A stretch of 64,000 bases of DNA, from assembly GCA_963714895.1 (NCBI GenBank), contig CAVQQC010000016.1, positions 106,133-170,132 on the forward strand, in the 5' to 3' direction. Position numbers and translations under genes: made by a program. Origin of the DNA: Candidatus Sulfomarinibacteraceae bacterium (GTDB lineage: Bacteria > Acidobacteriota > Thermoanaerobaculia > Thermoanaerobaculales > Sulfomarinibacteraceae). Positions 19,669-29,840 of this stretch are shown here, one piece after another; within the stretch, counting starts at the first letter, position 1; every line of letters begins with the position of its first letter. Under the pieces are notes generated by a model. The model did no database searches. It was not told the DNA's origin and saw nothing but the letters and a program-made list of their open reading frames with translations.

Positions 19669-20831
19669 ATGAAGATTCACGAGTATCAAGGCAAAGAGGT
19701 GCTGGCCAAGCACGGCGTTCCCGTGCCGCGCGGCATCGTCATCACCGAGGCGTCGCAGGCGAAGTCGGCGGCTGAAGAGCTTGGCGGGCGCGTGGTCGTC
19801 AAGGCGCAGATCCACGCCGGTGGCCGCGGCAAGGGCGGCGGCGTCAAGTTGGCAGCCAACCCCGACGAGGCGGTCAAGCTGGCAGGCGAGATCCTGGGCA
19901 TGACCCTTGTGACCAAACAGACCGGCCCCGAGGGCAAGCTGGTGCGGACGGTGCTCATCGAAGAGGCGCTGCCCATCGAACGCGAACTCTATCTGGGCGT
20001 GGTCCTCGATCGCTCCGAGGGCTTCCCGGTGATGATGGCCTCGAAGTTCGGCGGCATGGAGATCGAAGAGGTTGCGGAGGAGAATCCCGATGCCATCCTC
20101 AAGGCCCACTTCGACCCCGACGTCGGGCTCCACCCCTACCTCGCCCGCAAGCTGGCCTTCGGGCTCGGGCTCGAGGGCGACGCCTTCAAGGCGGGCACGA
20201 AGTTCATGCACGCCCTGGCCAAGGCCTATGGCGACACCGATGCCTCGTTGCTCGAAATCAACCCGTTGGTGACAACCACCGACGGCCGGGTGGTAGCCCT
20301 CGACGCCAAGATGAACGTCGACGACAGCGCCCTCTTCCGCCACAAAGACATCGCCGCCATGCGCGACGTCCACGAAGAGGAGCCGCTCGAGGTCGAGGCC
20401 TCGAAGTTCGACCTCAACTACATCAAGCTCGACGGCAACATCGGCTGCATGGTCAACGGAGCCGGGCTCGCCATGGCGACCATGGACATCATCAAACACT
20501 GCGGCGGCGAACCGGCCAATTTCCTCGATGTCGGCGGCGACGCCTCACAGGAGCGGGTGGCCGCGGCCTTTCGCATCCTGCTCTCCGACCCCTCGGTCAA
20601 GGGCGTGCTGGTCAACATCTTCGGCGGGATCGTGCGCTGCGACATGGTGGCGCGCGGGGTCGTCGCCGCGGCAAAGGAAGTCAAGCTCAGCATCCCGCTG
20701 GTGGTCCGCCTCGAAGGCACCAACGTCGAAGAGGGCCGGCGGGTGCTCGCTGAGTCCGGAATCGACCTGATCGTCGGCGAAGGGATGGCCGACGCAGCCG
20801 AAAAAGTCGTGGCAGCGGTCGGGGGTGCGTC

Positions 20832-20835
<4 letters not shown>
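19669..20835 (+). CDS. sucC: Succinyl-CoA synthetase beta subunit
   Basis: [51 protein letters not shown]. Confidence 0.98.
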
Positions 20836-21717
<882 letters not shown>

Positions 21718-21759
21718 GAGCGGTTAGCGGTTAGCTTTCGGACTGTCGAAAGAGTCAGC

Positions 21760-21791
21760 AAACGCCCCCGGGATTCCGGGGGCGTTTCTTT
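21760..21791 (+). terminator. Rho-independent terminator after sucD
   Basis: AAACGCCCCCGG-GATT-CCGGGGGCGTTT-CTTT. Confidence 0.85.
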
Positions 21792-21844
21792 GCCTCCATG
21801 GAATCCAGTACGGGAACAGACTCGCGGCGCAGAGAGACCCGAAA

Positions 21845-21945
21845 GGGAGGGGATAAACCCCTCCCCTACGACTTTGAGGACGGTATGTATTGTTCCAGCC
21901 TTGATCCGTTTCTGAAACCCGTAGGGGCGGGGTTTATCCCCGCCC
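21845..21945. repeat. GTAG-family REP doublet (inverted pair)
   Basis: GGGAGGGGATAAACCCCTCCC-CTAC at 21845-21869 and GTAG-GGGCGGGGTTTATCCCCGCCC at 21921-21945. The same units recur at 41618-41777 and 47006-47030. Confidence 0.85.
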
Positions 21946-22056
21946 GCGTGATTTCAAATCCTGGATGAGGCGCGGCGAATAGCTAAGAGCTCATTGCAGA
22001 TAGCCAAACGCTGGCATTTGAGGACCTCGGAATCACGCACCACGAGGCGAAAACAC

Positions 22057-22083
22057 TTGACTTCGAGAAAATCCCGCTATAAT
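22057..22083 (+). promoter_or_regulatory. Sigma70-like promoter with no downstream CDS
   Basis: TTGACT (22057-22062), 15-nt spacer, TATAAT (22078-22083). Confidence 0.6.
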
Positions 22084-22088
22084 TCCAA

Positions 22089-22150
22089 CTTCGTAGTGAG
22101 GGAGGAGGAGTTTCTCTCTACGAGAGCCCGGCGGTTTCGTCGGGTTTTTT
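22089..22150 (+). ncRNA. Candidate ~60-nt small RNA: hairpin with GGAGGAG loop plus intrinsic terminator
   Basis: TCGTAG-t-GAGGGA[GGAGGAG]TTTCTC-t-CTACGA, then GCCCGGCG-gttt-CGTCGGG-TTTTTT, directly after the promoter. Confidence 0.55.
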
Positions 22151-22154
22151 CATG

Positions 22155-22200
22155 CCTTTTTTCGTGAGGACCGGCGCATGGCCGGGCCTCACGAAAAAGG
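22155..22200 (-). terminator. Long hairpin, probable terminator for addA
   Basis: CCTTTTTTCGTGAGG...CCTCACGAAAAAGG with inner CCGGC/GCCGG, about 28 nt past the addA stop. Confidence 0.6.
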
Positions 22201-22227
22201 GGTGGCGCGACGCCGTCACGGGCCGGT

Positions 22228-25200
22228 TCAAAATCGCACGATGTGATCCGCAGCGAGGAACCACAGCTCGACGCGGGGCTCGTGATCGAGAGTGAGGGCC
22301 TCGCGGAGGGCGCGGGCGTAGGTGCGCACCTGAGGCTCGTACACTTCGGCTCGTTCCGCTATCGCCTCTTCGCCTTCGACATGGTCCGTCTTGTAGTCGG
22401 CCACCACGACGCGATCGTCTTCGGGGTCGCGGTAGACGAGATCAACAATGCCGGACACCACGGCACCGGCGGCGCCCGGTTCCTCCGACCACAGCATCAC
22501 CGGCAGCTCGCGCGCCAGCACGCGATCGGCGATGGCCTCCAACCGGGTGAGACACGAACCCTCTGCCAAACGCGTCATGAGGTTTTCCGCCCGGGTCTTC
22601 GCATCGTCGAAGGGCGCAAGTTCCGAGAGGATCCGGTCGCGGTGGCCGGCGACCTGCGGCCGCAGAGCGGCGTCCAGATCGAGATCTTCCATCATTGAAT
22701 GAACAGCGGTTCCAAGGGCCATCGCCGCCCTTCGATCGGATGGCCCCTCCCCCACCGATTCCACCTCTTCGGCCTCGGCGCTGCGCAGGCGGTCGTGGGC
22801 CTCGGCCGAGGCCGACCGGAAGACCGGCTGCGCCATCCGGTGGACCGACGCCGCCCGCGCAGCGGCCAGATCTTGCGCGCGCTGCAAGCGCTCTTCGATC
22901 CCCTCAACGCTTTCCCCGACGCGTCGGACAGGTTCGGCCTCCACCGCAATATCCGCAAACGCCGGCATCACTCGCATCAAATGGGGGGCGTCACCCGCCG
23001 CGCGCTCGGCCGCGAGCCCGATCTGCGCTCCCACCGCATCCGTGTCGAGGCGTCGGCTCACGAGATCGGCAAATGTCGTCGCCGCCTTCGGCGACTTGTG
23101 CTGGCCGGGAGCCCTCCACCCCCCGGAGAGGACCAGGCGGTTTTTCGCCCGGGTCGTGGCGACGTAGAGAAGGCGTACGAGCTCGGCCCTGGTCTTCCGT
23201 TCGGACTCCCACTCGGCCGACGCGAAGCCCGGAGACGACCATCCGAAGAGCCGGTATTCCGGCATCCCGTCGAAGGTCCGCACCTCGGCGGCCGCGCGTC
23301 TGCCGCCGCCGCGGCCTCCCTTGTGGATCTGGGCCACGTAAACGTGCGAGAAATCGAGCCCCTTGGCCTTGTGGATCGTCATCACGTGGACGGCGTCGAC
23401 CTCGAGATCGGGGGGCGTCGGGACCCGGCTTTCGCCGCCCTCTGAGACCGCCAGCCGCAGAAAACGCGCGAGGTCGGCACCGCCCTTTTCGCCGGTCACG
23501 AGAGTGGCCTCGAGGTCGGCGAGGAACCGCTCGATCCGCGCCCGCCGGAATCCACCGAGATAGCGCCCGGCCGCTGTGACCTCCGCCAACCACAGCGTCC
23601 GGATCTTTTCCACGAACACATCGGGAGGGTCGCACCGCAGCGACTGCCGCAACTCGGCGATGGTCGCGGCAGCCGCGCGGACCGCGTCCGGCCAGCCCGG
23701 CACCTCGCCGATGCCCGGGGCATCGGCCGGGGTCGCCACCCTGGCGGCCTCGACCGATGCGTCGACCGCGTCGATCACCGCACGATCCGGACCCGTCAGA
23801 CCGGCCATCCGAGCCGGGAGGCCGGCACGCCACAACGGCGCCAATGCGGCGTCGGGCACGCCGACCACGTCGCTGCGCAACACGGTCAGCAGAGCCAGGA
23901 CGTCTGCGGGCTCGAGGACGGTTCGCACCAGCGCCGCCAGCTCGACAACTTCCCTCTGGCGGTAGTAATCGCGTTCGCGAGCCACCTCGTAGGGAACGCC
24001 GGCCTCGCGCAGGGCCTCGAGGAGGACTTCCTGCGCGGTGGTCACCCGCAGCAGCACGGCCACCTCGCCCCAACGGCCGATCACGCTCTCGGAATGCAGA
24101 CGGGAAATATCTGCTGCAATCGCCCGCGCTTCGAGGGCCGAGGTCCCGTTGTCGGCATTGCCCTTCTCCGGCGCCACGCCATCCGGCCCATCCGGCCAGG
24201 CGACCCAGTGTTCCACCGTCTTCCAGCCGCTTGCGTCGACCCCCGCGACTCCACGCCGGCCTTCGGTCGCCTCGAGCGCCTGGAAGGCCGGTTGGATTCC
24301 CGTCTCCCGCTCCATGACGGGCGCCACCAGGCGCTCGACTTCATCGAGGATCGGCGTCACCGATCGGAAGTTCTGCACCAGGTCGACGGTCTTCCCCCCG
24401 GCTTCCAGCACCCGCCGGACAAAGCGGTGGTATGCCGCGAGGTCGGCGCTGCGCCAGGCATAGATCGACTGTTTCGGATCGCCGACGATGAACAACGACG
24501 GACGCCGCGGCGGTTCATCGGCCAGGGCCAGCATTTCGACCAACCGGCACTGGACGTCGTCGGTGTCCTGGAACTCGTCGACCAGGAGGTGGTCGATGCC
24601 GCGCACGACCTCCGAGCGAACGCCCGGCGAATCGGCCAGGAGATTCGCGGCGGCACGCAGCTGATCGGAGAAGGTCACCAGACCTTCGGCTCGGCGGCGT
24701 TCCTGGACGGCCGCGAGCAGCGGAGAGAGGACCGCCCGTGCGGCCGCCAACCCTTCGCGGTGCGGATCGGCAAGCGGTGCCAACACCGCCGCCAATTCGC
24801 CGGATGCCGGCGCCACCTCTTCGCCGATGTCCTCGAAGGCCGCGCCCTCGCCATCGGTGAAGCCGAGCCTCGACCACTTGCGCAGCCGCTCGATGGCCCT
24901 CGGATCGACCGCGGCGGCCACCCCCACGAGATCGAGCATCGACACCTCGTCGCCCACCGGCGGAAGGCCCGCCGCCACCTGTTCTCCCACACCCCCGGTG
25001 AGCACACTGACCTCGCCCCGGACCCCGGCCAGGCGATCGCCCACGAGACCGCGGAAGGTGTCGCTCGCACAGCGCAATCGGGCCGCGAGAACCGGCGCCC
25101 CTGCGTCATCGAAGGGGTCGCGCGCGAGCCATTCGGGTTCGACGCCGGCTTCCACCAGCGCGCACACCGCATCGACGATGGTCGCCGGGGCGACGCCTTC

Positions 25201-25797
25201 GGCCGCGAGCTGCTGCCAACTCCCGCCGGCCGCCCCACCGAGTTCCCGCAAGGTCTCCTCCAGCGCCTCTTCCACCAGGTCCCGGATGCGCGAACCGTCG
25301 GCATCGACCTCGAACCTGGGGTGGAGACCGGATTCCAGCGGGTAGGTGGAGAGAAGACGCTGGCAATAGGCGTGGATGGTCGAGACCACCAGCCGGTGGC
25401 TCTCTTCGGACAGGGCCAGCGCTCGCCGCTTCTCCTCCTCACTCTCGTCCGGCAGCAATCCCGGTTCGGGGTCCCACCCCACAGGTTTCTCGCCGCACGC
25501 CAGCGCGAGAAAGGCGGTGCCGATCTTGTGAGCCATCTCGGCCGCGGCAGCCTCGGTGAAGGTGATCGCGACCACCCGTTCGATCACCCGTCGGGCGACC
25601 GCGCAGTCGTCGAGCCCGGTCTCGGCGTGCCGTTGCCAACCCGGGCCCGCACACCACGCCACCACCCGCGAGACCAGCAGCGCGGTCTTCCCGGTGCCGG
25701 CGCCCGCAACGACCACGACCGGGTGCTCGAACTCGCTCTGAGCGAACCGCCGCGATCGGCGGTCGGCCTCGACCGGATCGGTGGCATTCACGGTCAC
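22228..25797 (-). CDS. addA: AddA-like UvrD helicase with PD-(D/E)XK nuclease
   Basis: AGAGTGKT, AITFTEAAAAEM, LLVDEFQDT, VGDPKQSIY, MTIHKAKGLDF, YVATTRAK, and C-terminal GIVDLV..DYKT. GTG 25797 overlaps the addB stop. Confidence 0.88.
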   Translation of the reverse strand: MTVNATDPVEADRRSRRFAQSEFEHPVVVVAGAGTGKTALLVSRVVAWCAGPGWQRHAETGLDDCAVARRVIERVVAITFTEAAAAEMAHKIGTAFLALACGEKPVGWDPEPGLLPDESEEEKRRALALSEESHRLVVSTIHAYCQRLLSTYPLESGLHPRFEVDADGSRIRDLVEEALEETLRELGGAAGGSWQQLAAEGVAPATIVDAVCALVEAGVEPEWLARDPFDDAGAPVLAARLRCASDTFRGLVGDRLAGVRGEVSVLTGGVGEQVAAGLPPVGDEVSMLDLVGVAAAVDPRAIERLRKWSRLGFTDGEGAAFEDIGEEVAPASGELAAVLAPLADPHREGLAAARAVLSPLLAAVQERRRAEGLVTFSDQLRAAANLLADSPGVRSEVVRGIDHLLVDEFQDTDDVQCRLVEMLALADEPPRRPSLFIVGDPKQSIYAWRSADLAAYHRFVRRVLEAGGKTVDLVQNFRSVTPILDEVERLVAPVMERETGIQPAFQALEATEGRRGVAGVDASGWKTVEHWVAWPDGPDGVAPEKGNADNGTSALEARAIAADISRLHSESVIGRWGEVAVLLRVTTAQEVLLEALREAGVPYEVARERDYYRQREVVELAALVRTVLEPADVLALLTVLRSDVVGVPDAALAPLWRAGLPARMAGLTGPDRAVIDAVDASVEAARVATPADAPGIGEVPGWPDAVRAAAATIAELRQSLRCDPPDVFVEKIRTLWLAEVTAAGRYLGGFRRARIERFLADLEATLVTGEKGGADLARFLRLAVSEGGESRVPTPPDLEVDAVHVMTIHKAKGLDFSHVYVAQIHKGGRGGGRRAAAEVRTFDGMPEYRLFGWSSPGFASAEWESERKTRAELVRLLYVATTRAKNRLVLSGGWRAPGQHKSPKAATTFADLVSRRLDTDAVGAQIGLAAERAAGDAPHLMRVMPAFADIAVEAEPVRRVGESVEGIEERLQRAQDLAAARAASVHRMAQPVFRSASAEAHDRLRSAEAEEVESVGEGPSDRRAAMALGTAVHSMMEDLDLDAALRPQVAGHRDRILSELAPFDDAKTRAENLMTRLAEGSCLTRLEAIADRVLARELPVMLWSEEPGAAGAVVSGIVDLVYRDPEDDRVVVADYKTDHVEGEEAIAERAEVYEPQVRTYARALREALTLDHEPRVELWFLAADHIVRF

Positions 25798-28700
25798 CCG
25801 TCCACCTCCGGTCGTTCGAAACCGAGCCACCACAGATCGCGGGCGGCATCCGCCGCCACGCCGCATTCATTCGAAGCGCCCATCCATCGCACGAGGTCAC
25901 GGCGGAAGGCCGAGTCATCGCGGCGACACGCCTCGGCCACCGCGCAGTAGAGGCAGTGCCCCGCCGACTTACCGTCGGCCTCCTCGAGGCGAGGGAAAGC
26001 GATTCCCGACTCTCGCGCCCGATCGATCGTCTGCACCGCGTTTTCAAACAGCTCGGCCGCCTTCTCGTCGTCCCCGCCGAGGGCAAGGACCCGCACCTCC
26101 TCCGCCCACTCCTCGTTTGGCTTGAGGAAGAGGTAGGCTCCCCGCGCGCTTTCGACCCCTGCGGCCGACGCGTAGGCGACCGCCTGCAGGCGCCGCCCGC
26201 GTGCAATCGAGGTTTCGATGTGTTTGCGTCTGGTAACTTCCTTCTTGGCATCCGAAACCGGCTGCGACGCCTTGTAGTCGACCAGCTTGATCGCACCGCC
26301 AAGACCATCGACCCGGTCGGCGCGGAACGCCAGCTTTCGGTCCACACCGGGTATCTCCGCCGCGCCCTCGACCTCGGATCCGAGAACGCCCGACAGCGCT
26401 CCGCCCGTCCACTCCAGCTCCCGTTCGACCTCGAGATAACCGCGCGCACGCGCCGCCAACAACGGCGCCATTCCGACCGGTCCGAGGCCGGCCCGTTCCG
26501 CCACGCGGGAGGCGGTCGCCGCCAGGATCTCCTCGAATACCGCCTCGTCCGGCCAGACCACCGTCACCAGACGGCCTCCCGCCAACTCGTCGAGCCTCGC
26601 GGCCCCGACCCGCTCGGGATCTGCGATGCCACGATCGACGATCTGGTCGAGGACCCCGTGCACCACCTGCCCGACCAACGGGCCGTCGATCCCCGGCAGG
26701 CCGAGCAGCGGGTCAGGCATCGGAAAGACGCCGAGCCCGTGCTCGACGAATTCCCGCCACGGGCAGGTGCCGGTCCCCTCGGCGTGGGTCACCCACAGGG
26801 GTTGGCCAGCATCACCTCGACCGGCGCCCGTGAACCCGAACCACGGGGAGATCGCCGCGTCCCGGGGCCGCTCCACCGCTTCGAGCACGCTGAGTCTGGC
26901 CGCTGCCACGGCTACCGGCGACACCGTTGCGACGGTTGAGGCGGCGTCCATCCGACCCTCATCGACGGCCGCCTCGAGCAGGCGCTTCAAAACGTTCGAG
27001 TCTGCACGCGGCGCCGCGAGAATCGCCAATTCGTAGGCAGTCCGTGGATGATCGCGGCCCGCTTCCTGGCTCCACAACTGAGGCGCCCGCATCGGCTCTC
27101 CGGCCCCGGTGCGAAGGCGCAGCCGATCGACGAATGGCGAGGCCGTCATGGTGCCGTCCGGACCGAACCCGGACCACGAGAGGTGGACCGACGGCGACGA
27201 CGACACGAGTTGGGCAAAGAGATAGCGCTCCTCGTCGGCACTCCGCCCCTTCACCGGCATCTCGGGCAGCACGGTGGCGGCGAGCCTCGTCCGGACCGCC
27301 TCCGGCAGCATCGGGTCTTCGTGAACGACCCGCGGAAAGAGGCGCCGGTTGCAGGCCATTACAAAAAGGTGCGAAAAGGTGCGCGAGCGGGCCTCCATCA
27401 CGGTCAAGACCTGGACCCCCGCACCCTCGCCGCCGATCGCCACCTCACCGATCTTCTGCATGCGGTCGCCGAGCAATCGCTGCCACTCCGCAGCGGTCAC
27501 CATCAGGTCGTCGGGAACTTCACGGCAGATTCTCTCGAGCGCCTCTTGAACTTCGGCGCGCCCGGGGGATTCTTCGCCCCAACCCAGAGCGTCGAGAAGG
27601 GCCAACGTGTGCCGCCTGTGGACCGCCGCCGGTCCCTTTTCGGGCCGTCGATCGAGAGCCGAGACCACCCGACCGGCACGTGCCACCGCCTCGCGCAGGA
27701 CTTCAGCGGACAACCTTCTCGCGGTGCCGGGCTCCTCGCCGTCCTCGTCCGGTCCAAGATCGACCGGTAGCCGGACCCCGTTCGAAGGAACGGCACCCGC
27801 TCGCAGAGCGGCCAGATCCGACAACCTGAGGACACCGAGCACCCTGAGTCCGAGCAGGAGCTCGGTCGTCCCGCCCTCGCCCGCGCAGGCCTCCATCCAG
27901 AGGTCGGCGCCGCACGACGGGCCCTGGCGAAGAAGCTCCAGCAGACGCAGTATCGTGTGCCTCGGGGAAGCGCCTGGAACACCCGCCCCAATACCCGAAA
28001 ACGGAACACCGAGACGCCTCAGGTGCCGTCGCAGGGGCAGCACCAGACCATCGAGGGTCCGACCCACCACACCGATCTCCTCCGGCGTGACTCCGTTTTC
28101 GAGGAGACCTCGAATTTCCTCGGCCACCCACCGCGCCTCGGCCTCGCGATCCGGCGCCTCCACGAGCACGAGCCGCGGTGGAGATTCGAGCCGGAGATCG
28201 GTCTCTCGACCGAGGTGGGTCAACCGTTCCTCGAGCCGACTCAGATACACCCCACCGAGGTCGTCGGCTTCCCGGTTCGCGGGGTCCGGCGGCCGATCGA
28301 GAAGGACCGTGGTGTCGAACACCCTCACCGCCGCGGCAAGGAGGTCGGCGGCCACTCCGGTGACGTCTGCGAACCCGTGCACAAACAGGTGGCGGGTCGG
28401 AGCGACCGAGGGCCCGTTCTTTGCGAGGCTTTCCCCGGCCCACTGCAGAGCCTGCATCGATCGCGCCGGGCCCGGGTCCTCGCCCAACTCGCAGACCATG
28501 GCCGCCAGTCTCACCACGGCGCGCGTGCGTTCCACTCGACCCGGTGCGAGATCCCGCGCCACATCGTCAAGGGACTCGAGCACCCCCTCCAAGTGGCCCG
28601 GTTCGAAGCCGGCATCGAGCAGGTCGCGAACGGCTCCGACGACAGGATCATAGCCGTCGCGCAATCCCCCGAGTGACTCGTTGAGCGCCGGGTCGGCGGC

Positions 28701-29015
28701 CGCCAGGCGCCGCACCACGAGTTCGAAGACCGCATCGCCGGGTGGTACGGATCGTCCGGATCTGGTCAGAACCTCGAGAGCAAAACCGAAAAGGGTCTGC
28801 ACTTGAAGCCCGGCGACCGCCCCCCTCCGCCGGGCGATCGTGCGCAGGAGATGCCGGCGCAGGCTCTTCGAAGGGACGACGATCCGGATCGGGCGTTCGA
28901 GCGCCTCGAGATCGGACGCACCATTCTCCTCTATCACTTCGAACAGACGACGCTCGGCTGCCCGCGCGCCTCGGCAGATGATGATCCGGGATCCGGTTTG
29001 GAGTGCTTCACGCAT
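25794..29015 (-). CDS. addB: AddB-like helicase-inactive/nuclease subunit with Fe-S cysteines
   Basis: ATG 29015 after GGAGG; degenerate helicase body; CPW...FRADRVD...DYK...CLYCAVAEAC. Confidence 0.82.
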   Translation of the reverse strand: MREALQTGSRIIICRGARAAERRLFEVIEENGASDLEALERPIRIVVPSKSLRRHLLRTIARRRGAVAGLQVQTLFGFALEVLTRSGRSVPPGDAVFELVVRRLAAADPALNESLGGLRDGYDPVVGAVRDLLDAGFEPGHLEGVLESLDDVARDLAPGRVERTRAVVRLAAMVCELGEDPGPARSMQALQWAGESLAKNGPSVAPTRHLFVHGFADVTGVAADLLAAAVRVFDTTVLLDRPPDPANREADDLGGVYLSRLEERLTHLGRETDLRLESPPRLVLVEAPDREAEARWVAEEIRGLLENGVTPEEIGVVGRTLDGLVLPLRRHLRRLGVPFSGIGAGVPGASPRHTILRLLELLRQGPSCGADLWMEACAGEGGTTELLLGLRVLGVLRLSDLAALRAGAVPSNGVRLPVDLGPDEDGEEPGTARRLSAEVLREAVARAGRVVSALDRRPEKGPAAVHRRHTLALLDALGWGEESPGRAEVQEALERICREVPDDLMVTAAEWQRLLGDRMQKIGEVAIGGEGAGVQVLTVMEARSRTFSHLFVMACNRRLFPRVVHEDPMLPEAVRTRLAATVLPEMPVKGRSADEERYLFAQLVSSSPSVHLSWSGFGPDGTMTASPFVDRLRLRTGAGEPMRAPQLWSQEAGRDHPRTAYELAILAAPRADSNVLKRLLEAAVDEGRMDAASTVATVSPVAVAAARLSVLEAVERPRDAAISPWFGFTGAGRGDAGQPLWVTHAEGTGTCPWREFVEHGLGVFPMPDPLLGLPGIDGPLVGQVVHGVLDQIVDRGIADPERVGAARLDELAGGRLVTVVWPDEAVFEEILAATASRVAERAGLGPVGMAPLLAARARGYLEVERELEWTGGALSGVLGSEVEGAAEIPGVDRKLAFRADRVDGLGGAIKLVDYKASQPVSDAKKEVTRRKHIETSIARGRRLQAVAYASAAGVESARGAYLFLKPNEEWAEEVRVLALGGDDEKAAELFENAVQTIDRARESGIAFPRLEEADGKSAGHCLYCAVAEACRRDDSAFRRDLVRWMGASNECGVAADAARDLWWLGFERPEVDG

Positions 29016-29108
29016 CGCGGTTCCTCCATGGGACCACGGGTCTCCCGGCCTGTCAACGCCGCCCACTGCGGTGGCGTAGAATGTCAGGAGCCGATACAGG
29101 GAGGCCGC

Positions 29109-29579
29109 ATGCCGGGGATGGAACAGACGGTCATCGAGAGGTGGAATCGCGCGAAGGGCTCGACTTTCGGCCGCTGGCTCTTCAGCCGGGCAGTGGGCCG
29201 CTTCGCCCCCTACACGGGCACCATCGGCGCTCGGATCGAGGAGCTGGAACCGGGTCGATCGGTGGTCGCGATGCGCGATCGCAAGAGCGTCCGCAATCAC
29301 CTGAGATCGATCCACGCGGTGGCGCTGACCAACCTGATCGAGCTCACCGGCAGCCTCGCGATCATCGCCTCCATGCACCCGGGCACCCGCATGATCCCGG
29401 TCCGCCTCGAGTCGGAGTTCGTGAAAAAGGCGCGCGGCACGGTGACCGCCGAGGGCAGCTGCGAGCCCCCGGCGCCCGGGTTTGACGGTGAGCTTCAGGG
29501 GCTGGTGGTCGTGCGCGACGCCTCGGGGAACGAGGTGACTCGCGGGCGAGTGACGGTTGTGATTGGGAAAGCCGGCTAA
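29109..29579 (+). CDS. Hotdog-fold thioesterase (PaaI/DUF4442-like)
   Basis: APYTGTI...NHLRSIHAVALTNLIE...FVKKARG. Confidence 0.85.
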   Translation: MPGMEQTVIERWNRAKGSTFGRWLFSRAVGRFAPYTGTIGARIEELEPGRSVVAMRDRKSVRNHLRSIHAVALTNLIELTGSLAIIASMHPGTRMIPVRLESEFVKKARGTVTAEGSCEPPAPGFDGELQGLVVVRDASGNEVTRGRVTVVIGKAG

Positions 29580-29682
29580 CAGTTACTTGGCACGCCCGAC
29601 TTTGCGAGCACTCTTCCCGAGAGGAGCCACCCTAGACATTGTTTGCCCATAAATTCACGGGTGCCTCAGCGCTCACCAATCA

Positions 29683-29840
29683 AACAATGTCAAGAATGGC
29701 ACCTCCGCCGCACGCGGACCCACCGACATGGCAGGCGGGACGCCTGCCCCACAAGGGCCGATCATGCAAGATTGTGGGGCAGCCGCCCCGGCTGCCGGAC
29801 GGGCCGGAACTCAAAACTCAAAACTGAGAACTAAGAACTA
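29683..29840 (+). repeat. Left arm of ~150-bp inverted repeat flanking sppA (REP hairpins plus AAACTCA heptamers)
   Basis: TGGCACCTCCGCCGCACGCG...TGGCAGGCGGGACGCCTGCCCCACAAGG.CCGATC...(AAACTCA)n; its reverse complement is at 31610-31766. Confidence 0.85.
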
